Positions 24,451 through 34,959 of a DNA stretch of 64,000 nucleotides are shown here, piece after piece. The stretch comes from Tricharina praecox (taxonomy: Eukaryota). Each line of letters begins with the position of its first letter. Position 1 is the stretch's first letter. The notes below the pieces were generated by a model, which was not told where the DNA came from, did not search any database, and worked only from the letters and a program-made list of their open reading frames with translations. The stretch spans positions 248,001-312,000 of the forward strand of contig NW_026250404.1 in the NCBI RefSeq assembly GCF_024521635.1. The letters are read 5' to 3'. Position numbers and translations under genes: made by a program.

Positions 24451-27400
24451 TCATTCATCGGCGTCGGGCACGTCACTAAGATCGCTACTCTCGCTGCCGT
24501 CGTCGGCAATTTCCGGCTGCTTTCCCTTCGCGCCCCGGGTGCTCCGTCTACCGAAGGCCACCTCCGTTTGTGATTTCTTGGGCTCAGCAGGCTTGGAGTT
24601 GGTCTTACCACTTCCGCGGGTTGACCTCTTGCCGACGGCAACAGTAGTTGTAGTAGGCGCGCCCGGAGTGGTTTCCTCCTTCTTGGCTGACTCGGGCTCG
24701 GGCTCATCAACCTCCATCTCCTCTTCGGGCGCCGGGGTCTTGTCCATTTCTTGATCGCTTTCGGCCTCGACCTCTTTGTACTTCTCCGCGCCTTTGGACT
24801 CGGTAGACTTCTTTGCCGAACCACCGCCAGAGTTGCTGCGTCCACCATACTTCCTAGGTTTAGGCTCGGGCTCAGCCTCGCTCTCCCCGCTGTTGGAAGC
24901 ATCATCCATCTCCTCGTCGCTACTGTCGTCCTCCTCGTAGTCCTCCTCGTCTGTCTCGGCATCCTCCTCCTTGTAGCTGGTGATCCTGCCGGACTGGCGA
25001 CCACTGCGGCGCCGCTCGCTCGACTTGGTGGGCGGAGGTGTACCGTCCTCTTTTGTGGCTCGCTGCTTCTTGGTCGATGTCTTCTTGGAAGGTTTAGATG
25101 GTGTCTTTTCCACCTTTGGTTTCTTGACTCGTTTGGTGGTGGTGGGGGTGGGGGTGATCGCAGCACTTTCGCTCTTCCGCTTCTTGCTGGAACCGGTGAT
25201 CGCGCCTGACGACAAGGAGGTAGGGTTCTTGCTACTGGCCCGCACGAGAGCCCCGAGCTTCTTATCCATGCCTTCGGGAAGGTACGTCGTTTGCGCGACT
25301 TCGTGTGACTCATCCTGGTTCATCATCGGCGCATACAACGCCACTGGAAGGCGCATTTTGCCTGGCCATGTTTGGATCGTCCATTTGTGAATTTCTCCGT
25401 AATGGCGGATGATGGATTGTGCGAGTTCTGAAATGTAGTACAAATTCTAGAACCATTAGAACACGAGCCGACGATTGGGGGGATCGGTGAGACGGACCTC
25501 CGAGTTATCGGGGCTCAGTTTATCACGGAATTGTTTGGCTCTCTGAGCAACGTAGTGAATAAGAGAAATGTTCTCCCCGTTGGCAACCGTCCGGAGGTAG
25601 AACAGGATGTATCTACCGAACCACACACACACACCAATTAGCTCCCATTAAGGCCCCTCAAAAGACTCGTAGGAGCTAGGGAAGACGGTTAAGGGGAGAG
25701 ATTTTTAGTACTTACTTCGCGAAGTCCATGATATCCTCGTATTGGGTTCCAAAGTCCGGGTGGTGCACAAGCAGACTCATCAGGCGCGCAAAGACACCTT
25801 CCACGACGTTATGACTTGTCTTATTCTTGGAGATGGCGCTAGAGCGAGCTCGGATCCACGTAGCAACCTCTTCCCTCCACCGATCTTCGGGCTCGTAAGC
25901 CATCAAAAATACGATGGTGTAGAAGCGTGCCGGTAGCTGTCCGGCGGCCAGGTATTTCTGGAGCTTCTCCATGAACCCTCGACGGACCTGGAGACATCCA
26001 TCCTGAGCAACCGTCGCAAGTCTGATGAAGTCCGTCGCCGAAATCACTTCGTCAAAGACCGAGATGGTTGCCAATTTTAGCAGATGCTGGGCTGCGGCCA
26101 GTCGCATTCGTGATCGATGAGCGGCCGGCGTGGTCTTCGTCTTCAATGCTTCACCGTCGTTGGCGACGATATGGTTCAGTGATCTGATAACACCGAGGCT
26201 GTCCCTGTGCTGTGCATCCGGACGTGCTCGTATGCGGTTCACAAGAACTCGCAGTGCAAGAATTTTTGCTCTGATCTCATCATCCAGCTCGGTTTCTTCT
26301 GCCCAGACTTTCTTGCTGTCTTTGTCTTCCTCACTTGCAGGCCTCTCCGTCCGGGTCCCGACGATGATGCCTGTGCATATGTCCTTAATGGCTTTGGCGT
26401 GGTCCTCACATTGGTCAGGCGCCAATAAGACCAGTTGTGAAAGACACGCGAGCTTTGCCAAAAAGTGATGTTCTCCGAACTCAAAGTCCTTGAGACAGCG
26501 CTGGACCAAGTCCGACGCGTACAGTTCCTTCCGGTTGGCAGAGTACATCAAGATGGTGACAGCATGTTTCGCAGCCGTGGGAGGGCGGCCGGTGAGGGCG
26601 AATGAAACAAGCGCCTCAAGCAACTTTCGCTCCTGGGGCATATCTTTTGGATAGCTCTTGGCGAAGCCTGCGCAGGCTTTGAGTGTATCCACCGCGCTAC
26701 TCGTTCTCGCAGAGCCAGACCCAGGGGACTGTTCTTTGAGGAGATCGGAGAGAGCCTTGACGTTGGCTTTGAAGACCGCCGGATTGGAGCTTGACATCTC
26801 TTTCAGAACCTCATGTGCGGCATTGCCAAGTGAGCACTCATCCGTGCGAGAGAACTCGACAATCGGGGCGACATGCGATTTGTTGTAGATGATCTGTGAG
26901 ACGCGATAGAGCAATGGTGTGAGCGAGTCCAGGATCATTGGTTGCGCAGACTCGTTGATGCGCTTCTTGATCTCCTTTAGCGCCCTAACCACAGTACGGT
27001 AATCACTGTCCGGGTTAAAGCAGAATCGGATGAGCTGATAACATCTTCTGTCATGTAGTTTTGCCAGCCTCAGGAGGTTCTCCTTGGCCTTGTGTGACTC
27101 GGGAAGTTTATGCGCCAACCACGCCGAGAACTTTTCCAAGTTCAGTTGCACGGTGGCCTCGTCGACACCTGCTTCGATGACACCACCCTACGCATGCAAT
27201 GTCAGAAGATCGGCAGCGTGGTCCAGCCTGGTATAGGAGGGCATGGGGAAACGTATAACTCACATTGTTTTCCTCGCACGACTTCAGGAACACTTCCATG
27301 ACCTTAGCATAAGAAATCTGCCGAAGAGGTACAGCAAAGAGTGCCTTCTTTGCTTTGGTGTCCAGTCCCTTCACCAACACAAGTAATCGCTTGACGCGGA

Positions 27401-29296
27401 TCTTGTCGTCTTCCAAGATTTCCTTTTCACGCTCTTGATTGGTAAGTTCCTTACCCTTGCCCTTGCCTTTGGTTCCATTGGTCTTGTCCGGTTCTGATGC
27501 TTTTTCAATGGGTATAGGTGGGTAGTTGACGGGAAGCAATATCTCGTGCAGTACGTGGTCGAGTAGCATGTTGACTTCGGGATCATTGATGTAGAATGTA
27601 TCCAGAATCTTACTAGGAATCCAGCCCAGTTGTTTAAAAACGACCTCATTCCCGTTGGAAATATCTTTATATGCCATGTCCCACATCCGAGCAAGACACC
27701 TCATGCCCTCCAGGCGCACGTTAATCTTCTTGTCTCTCACGCGCTCAGCCAACGTCTGGAGTATCTTCTTTCCCCAACCTGTGGTATCTGCCCCAGTCCC
27801 ACCCCTGGGTTTCAAAGGGATAGCGCTCGTGGCCACAATGGAATTGGTGGAATCAAACAGATTAAATGGCGATTCATCTGCCGCGAGTTTGGAAGTGATG
27901 GAGTCATAATCGAGAGATCTCAAGGCACAACACGCCGCGTGCCGGACGATTTCGTCCAGATCGTTCAGTTTGATTGCGATGAGGTCAACCATGTGCACAG
28001 CCATGGGGTCGTTCCGTGTCTTGAGGATGTTTACAGCAGCCCTCACCCACGATGCGCGCACTGTGGGGGATTTGTCATTTGCCCGACTTGCCCACGCTTT
28101 CCACGTCGCTGGTGCAGATTGCGCAAAGTTTCCTTCCAGCGCCATCTCACCGATGGTTTCACACGCTAACTTCCGGAGTTCGCCGTTGTCGGCCAGAAGC
28201 TCGTGCTCGAGCAGAGGAATGACATTCTGGAGGACCGTAGGGCACGATTTCCAGAGTTCCCTGGCGAGTGTGTGGGCCTTCTTGACTTCTCCCAAGTCTT
28301 CGGCTGACGTGGGTTCGTGAGCTCGGGCTTCGTCGTCACCACCGGGGGTCCCGGCCCTTCGCCCAGCGGCATCAACAATCACTTCCGAAAAATATCGGCA
28401 GATGTAGCGAGCCATCTTGTCGACGCAGGCAAGACAGATCTGTTTCGCCATTGCGTACGCTGGTGGGAGAACCTTATTTGTGAGTTTTTTCTGTCTGTCG
28501 TCGAGCCGGGGATCCGCACGCGCCGACAGAGCACCCTTCTTCGCAGGCTTTTCCGGTTCCACTTGGGTTCGCAGAAACTGGATGCAGATGACATCAACCA
28601 CTTCGGGAGGTAGAGAGGGACATTCCTCGATAAGCTGACATAGAATATCGGTCATCTGGAATTCCACATTTTTCGGACCCTCCGGCTTCGCAATGTCGAA
28701 GAATGTGGTGAAAAGCTCCTTGGTGATTTCATCGCCGTCGGGAATGTCGGAGATCAAAACTACGGACTTGACGGTCGACAGAGAATCCAGCAGATACATG
28801 TATTGTTGGTAGAAGGGCGCATCGGGGTTTTCAAGGCCTTTGAGGCACTTGACGAAGCATGCGAAGATGTCCTTTACGCAATTCCCTCCATCAGCAATGT
28901 GTAGACCGGGGCAATACGACGCTGACGTGCCCACCACGAGAGACATACCTTCAGTTGTTTCGCGGTGTAGGGCGCATCCGGCGCGTGCAGCCGCAGCATG
29001 TCCGCCAGGCAACATGCGGTGTACGCCACAACACCTTCGTCTGGATGTTGCAGTAATTTCACCGACGCCAATTCCTTCGCAGGCGTAGCCAGGCTCGGGC
29101 GGTCGACACCCTCCTGCTCCAGGTCCTGTACTTCTTTCTGCAGCGTTTTCAAGTGCGAAACGAGCTTGTCCACTTCAATCGGTTTGCCGGACTTCGATAG
29201 CAGTGGCTGGTCGAAATCTAGAACCTTGGGGTTGACATGCTCGCCGCCCTCCGCAGCCGACACTTCGCCGTGAGACGCACGAGCTGAGCGACCCAT
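24451..29296 (-). CDS. PDS5: Sister chromatid cohesion protein Pds5 (BimD/Spo76); exons 28949-29296, 27264-28871, 25716-27187, 25498-25612, 24451-25446; 1512 aa
   Basis: Motifs ACCLADMLRLHAPDAPYT, ERVRDKK, SRMRLAAA and RLMSLLVHHPDF, a HEAT-repeat body and a charged C-terminal tail. Four canonical introns give an intact frame. Confidence 0.95.
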
Positions 29297-29366
29297 TGTC
29301 GCGGTAGGGTGTGTGGGTTGTCGAGGGTGTTGTCGTCGTCGCAGATGTTTTACTCGTCAGGTTGAG

Positions 29367-29408
29367 TCGCGTCTAGGAGAGTGCGATGGATTTAGCGACG
29401 CGTTCGCG
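29367..29408. promoter_or_regulatory. MCB-like elements upstream of PDS5
   Basis: ACGCGT at 29398-29403, TCGCGT at 29367-29372 and an overlapping TTCGCG, 70-110 nt upstream of the ATG. Confidence 0.45.
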
Positions 29409-30131
29409 CCGAGGGAAGGTTTGGCTAACAATAAACTCGGAGGGTGGGGGAGTTGGGGGTGGTTGTTGGGTCGAGAGCGGGAGGGAGACGCGGGAAGGGT
29501 TCAGGCGGTGATCAATAACCACGGGGACGTGCGAGCGTGCGAGCGGCTCTTCACCATACATAGTAGCCCTAACCCACACCAACTCGTGGCCCAAGCCAAG
29601 CCAATGGTAGTTGCTCACGCCCATACTCACTCGCAAGTTACCTTTGGTTTCAAGCAGAATAACTAGGCTATTGAGGCTGTTTTTGCGCTGGCTCGAGTGA
29701 CTGTTTCCTCACTTCCCGCTTGAGAGGGCGGGCAACTTTTTTGCCCAGGTCAAAGCGGCGATTGCCTACCTACCCACGGAAGCATGCCCGAGTTTGAGCA
29801 AGTTGAGATATAGGTTCCTAGGGCTTTGGCCTTATCACACCTGTAGAAGGATCACAAGCTTGTGAGACACGTATACATATTGGCGTTGTTGCCTTTTCAG
29901 TAATGGACCGAATCCTAAACTTTCATTAGCGACTTCATTTGCCGAGTGATCTCACATGATGAAATCAGAATCTACGGTACCTCGAGTTCTCTGTTTTAGG
30001 TTTTGCTGATACGATTTTATCCAAGTGATGAATGCGTTCCAACCGCGATTTTGAATTATGCTACTACTACTCATCTAACGAAATGACACCCAGCAACCCC
30101 ACGCCACCATCGCTCCCACCATCCTCACCAC

Positions 30132-31259
30132 TCAGATAAACGTAACCTCAGGGAACTTCCTATTGTTCTCCGCCACAAGCCCCTCCTTCTCGCCCTTAAG
30201 CGCCCAGTTAAAGAACGCCTCGGTATAAGCACCAGTGATCTCCCTGCCCCGCTCACCACTAAGCGTCCCAAAGACCTCCTGCAGTCCGGCCCTCATCTCA
30301 TCCGTCCAGCCATCCGCCAATCCCGTGATCTCAATAACCGTCGGCGAGTCCCCAAAGCTCATATGCTGAAAGCCATCCACAATTGCCTCCCTGACCCACC
30401 CCTTCTGCGCGCCCTTAAACGCGGCCCACGAGGTATCACTCGAGGAGTTATGCTCGCCGGCACCGAGGATCAGCACCGGCGCCGGCGCCACCGACGTGGT
30501 GTTGTAGATGAAGATGAAGCCGTCAATGTTGATGCCGGCCTTGAACGGGGTGGGGGGGACGAGCGAGCCGACGCTCGCGGCGCCGCCAAGGCTGTGCCCG
30601 AATACGCCGGCCTTCTCGGTGCGCAGCTGCCGGCCGCACGGCAGCGTCTTCAGCTGCGAAGCGAGGAACCGCAGGTCCGATACGCGCGTGGAAAGGTAGG
30701 ACTCGACTACCTCCATCACGTCTGTCGAGGTGAGGTTCAGCGCCGTGTAGGTCGGCGCCTTGGTCGCCTCGGGGTACTCGACGACGATGGCGTCGTAGGG
30801 GTGGTCCACCGCCAAAATGAAGTACCCGGCAGAGGCGAGCTGCTCGTAGATCGTCGTGTAGACGGCGCGGGGGGCGCCCATGCCCGTCGAGAATACGAGA
30901 GGGATGAGGTTCTTGGTCGGGCAGGCGGGGGAGGAGGCGGGCTGCACAAAGGAGTTGGTCGTGATTCCGGAGAGCGTCCCGTTCGGAAGGCTCTCGGATA
31001 TCTCGATCGTCCGGACTGTGAGAGGCGGTGCCCAGTCCGAGTACTTCCCTGATCTGGGAGCACGTGGCAATGGGTAGAAGGCTTGGACTACGATTTCACG
31101 GGCGACACCGTCTGGGCCGCCGAAGCCGCTGGTGCGAGAGGAGTCGGTGAGCGTCACGGTGTAGGTGCCGATATTCTTGTTGGGTCCTGTAGGAGGCGGA
31201 AGCTGGACGCCCAGAGCCAGCGCCGGAAAGAGGAGTAGTGAGAGGGTGAGGAAGTTCAT
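30132..31259 (-). CDS. Secreted alpha/beta hydrolase, PAF-acetylhydrolase-like family; intronless, 375 aa
   Basis: Signal peptide MNFLTLSLLLFPALALG, motif LASAGYFILAVDHPYDA, nucleophile elbow GHSLGG, acid NIDG and catalytic His in QHMSFGD. TATATAAG lies at 31343-31350 on the minus strand. Confidence 0.87.
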   Translation of the reverse strand: MNFLTLSLLLFPALALGVQLPPPTGPNKNIGTYTVTLTDSSRTSGFGGPDGVAREIVVQAFYPLPRAPRSGKYSDWAPPLTVRTIEISESLPNGTLSGITTNSFVQPASSPACPTKNLIPLVFSTGMGAPRAVYTTIYEQLASAGYFILAVDHPYDAIVVEYPEATKAPTYTALNLTSTDVMEVVESYLSTRVSDLRFLASQLKTLPCGRQLRTEKAGVFGHSLGGAASVGSLVPPTPFKAGINIDGFIFIYNTTSVAPAPVLILGAGEHNSSSDTSWAAFKGAQKGWVREAIVDGFQHMSFGDSPTVIEITGLADGWTDEMRAGLQEVFGTLSGERGREITGAYTEAFFNWALKGEKEGLVAENNRKFPEVTFI

Positions 31260-32138
31260 GCTGATAGAAGTGGATGCTGATGGTGAGTGAGGATCTGTGC
31301 AGTGCTGTTGTTGATGATCAGAAGCATGGAATCATTTGCCTTCTTATATATTGCCTGTCTTTCTGCAAAGCCCGGAGACCCTCCGGATCGACATGGCCGC
31401 TCGCACTGCGCACGTAGACAATAATAGAGCAACAATGAAACCATAGGCCGTAGTAACGTTACTTGGTTGGAATTCGCGATTCGCGTCGTACAACATCGGG
31501 GGTTACATGTCCATACGTGCACCGGGCGGGCATCATCCCGTAGGTGCTGCGCCTGCAGAATGTTCGGTCGGCATCGAGTTAAGCCGTTAGGCTGCGTTAA
31601 TTGCAAGGTTGACTGCGGGTTACTTTCGGGATAGCCAATCGAGAAGAGAGGATCTGCGGGATTTGCCGAATGAAAAAGGAAAGAGAATGGGATTTTGAAT
31701 GGAAATATGGCACTTGCCGTAGGCTGAATGGGGTTTGGAGAATCACGGTATGTCGAAGGGACTTGAAGCTATGACGATATCTATTAGGTACTCGATACTT
31801 GGCGGGTTGGGTTCAAGGAAGGAGTGGGTGCGGACAAGGCGTATTCAAAGACGCCGAACTATATCACTGCCCATTTGAGCATGAGCGTCGTCATCAAAGA
31901 GACGAGCGAGGCGTCTTTATGAGCGAGGTCGACTGTTTACCGTCCCAATAGAGCCAGAGATTCGAGAAAGCTATGCTCGTGTTCGATATCAGAGCTTTGG
32001 TTTGTTGAATTGAAGCGGATCGTGAACGTAGGTCAGCCTTAGATTAGTGTTAACTAGCTTTCAAAGGTCCACAACTATCTCCCGAGTCCCCACAGCCCGC
32101 ACTAGGTACGGAAAGCATAGTTACCGGAAACGTCCCCC

Positions 32139-33995
32139 TCAGCCCGTACATCTCTCATTCGGCAGCCTCCAACAAACGCCGACAGTCTCCATCACTCGCC
32201 TTTCCACATCCTCCCACGTCTCATTCTCACTCCACCCCTCCGTCCCGGGCACCCGCTGATTCCCCCTCCACACGCCATCGCTCGAAAACTTCCAACCTTT
32301 TTCTTTCTCACAGAACAGGCGAAGGTCCCGCTGGAACGTTGTTCCCCCGGACCAGCCCAGCAGCGCAGTGCCAGCACAGATCGCCGGAGCTATGATGATG
32401 TCAACTCGGCGGTGCAGGCCACCCTTGTGGTTACGCCAGACGACGAGGGCCTTGTCGAGATTGTCGAAGTGGCCCTTTGATGGGCGGTGTGGGTCTTCGT
32501 GCCGCAGTTTGGCACTCGAAACGGAGAGGGTAAGTGTCACCAGCTCGGCCTCTTCGAGTGATTGGAGGAGCGTCACTAGGAAGTCCGGAGGAATAGCACG
32601 CCGGTGGGAGAGGAGTACGTCTACATCGTGACACTCCTTCGCACCGCGACGATACCCTCCTACGATCTTGCTCTGTACACCGGGCAGGACCTTGGCTGCG
32701 TGCAACTTGATGTGTTCAGCAATCTTCTCGACTTCACGACGGTTGATAGGCGCGAGGAACTCGTCGTAGTGTTTCACGCCAATCTGCTGGACGCGAGAGA
32801 GGTTCGACCAGTGGTACGTTATGATGTCGCCGAGTTTCCTATACCCGTGCTCATAGAAAAACTTCGATGCCGTCTCCGCTCCCACGCCCCATATACCTGC
32901 GAATTGGCTGAGTACCTGGTAGGATTGGGACTTCTCGAGCTCGGTGACTGCTCGGAGGGTGCGTTTCTCGGGTTTATCGTGAGAGTCCCTCCACTCCTGG
33001 AATAGAGCTGCTATCTTGCCATCACAGCCGGGGATCTCCTGGACTTCTGTGCCAGAGGACAGAGGGTACGGATACGCCTTGATCGCAGCGATGGCGGTGG
33101 AATATGCTCGCACGCCGGTGGAGTCAAGAGTTATGACTCGAGATTTCTTGATGACCTTTAGCTGCTCGATGAACAGATCGTTGGGAGATTCCTGTGGAGT
33201 GGAACGGCAGCACGAGTAAGTGTTCTGGAAGGCAGCGAGATTAGCTTGGGCTTGCACTCAACTTGGGGGGTCAAGACAGTGTACCTTTTTGATTATCCAC
33301 TCTGGGAGATCACGCGAAGGGTACTTCCCTTCAAACGACGATGTAGACCGCCGGAGCAGAGGCGTTCCCTTAGTCACGCTCAAGATCGCATCGATGCCCG
33401 CCTGCTTCTGCCGACCAAACCGGGCCCTCTTACGAGCCGGCACATCCGCCGCATCTGCCAGCGCGCGCTCCATGACGCCCTTCCGTTTCTTCTCCAGCTC
33501 TGCGTCCTCCGGCGGCCCACTGGTCGTCTCCGCCTGATCCCTCTCCCACCTCGACATAGCGACGACCTCGCCCTCCAGCAGCGTGAACGCCTCCAACTTC
33601 TGTGGCGTCCCCATCTTGAGCGACGCCTCAAACCACGCCCGTTTCACGACCCTAAACGGTCTAACCCTGTTGACGTCGACCTTCCCGCCCACCTCCATCT
33701 CCGGCGTCACCACGAACAAGCCTTGCTTCCGCAGCTCCAGCTCGCACCGCCGCTTAGTGCCCACGTCGGCAATGAACACCGCCGCGTCCCGCACGAACTC
33801 CCGGAGCGGACACCGACATTGCCGCAGCTTCTCTTTGAGCTTTTGGTATTCGGGCGGCTTTAGGTGGCCCGTGAGAAGGTACGTCGGCGGCAGTGAGGAG
33901 AGGTCCACGGGCGGGCGTATGACTTTCGTGATACCTACCACATCGTATTCCGGCTCGGGCTCGGGCTCGGGCTCGGGATGCGAGGCGGATGACAT
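32139..33995 (-). CDS. POL4: DNA polymerase X family (Pol4 / Pol mu-like) with N-terminal BRCT; exons 33285-33995, 32139-33224; 598 aa
   Basis: HhH motifs IPGCDGKIA and IWGVGAETA, catalytic VGGYRRG..HDVD and RRVD, GWSG, and C-terminal PNER. A 60-nt intron is in frame. Confidence 0.9.
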
Positions 33996-34959
33996 GTCGA
34001 TTAGTCTTTGGATGTGTGGGAGCGATGCTTTCGGCTGTAGTTAGAGTTTGTCAGATGTTAAGCGGTTCATGCATAGAGTTCGAGATATGTATAGACAGAG
34101 TACAAACCTTAATAGGCGCACAAAGGGGCCGGAGTGTCGTGGAACGAAAGAGAAGGGCTCGAACTTTGAGTTAGATACCTACCCCCAAAGCCCGCTTTGA
34201 CTCTGCCGCAGACGTCGAGCCGTGTTCGCAAGTTCAGTTCGCAAGTTCAAGTTCGTAGTGTGCGTGCGTGCGCTGAGGCTGTCCAACTTCCACGGCCAAC
34301 ACCAGCAGCGAGTGCTCTAAGAGCTTTAACTATCCCGTTGCCGTGCAAACATGAACATGAGCCTCGATCGTGAACTACATATCGAATTACGCGACGTCAT
34401 GACCATGCTCGCTAAACATTTAAAGAACCTGGCCGTCCGGGCGCAGGGGCGCTATGTACTCTAGTAGAGATCAAGATCTAACGTCACTCCCGACATGGAA
34501 TCGATGTCTACACTCCGGGTGGTGAGGACAGAGAGCAAACAACAAATCTATTTCGCATAGCATCCGGACGGTGATACTAAGGGCAATGATTGTTCCGGGA
34601 CTATGGATCATATTCGGTGAAATTGGAGTTGCATTTGGTTACGAGTTGCAGCAGTTTGACGGTACACGCCACAAGCGTGACTGGTACTATGTAAAACAAG
34701 GCTGGAGCTCACAGTACGACGCTCGGTATGTAGCAGTGATTCGTAAACCATACATTTTGATTAATCTCACAATCGGCCTCGCATGTCGCCTTGGCCATAC
34801 GGTGCAAGAGTACATAGCATAATGAAAAAGAACAAACAGAACAATGGTATCCGCACTTATCCCACCTCCCACCTACTACCAACCCACCTATATGTACCTA
34901 ACCATGGTGATATGATGTACGCCCTGAATACCCAAAAAGGAAACCACATCCAGCATCAC

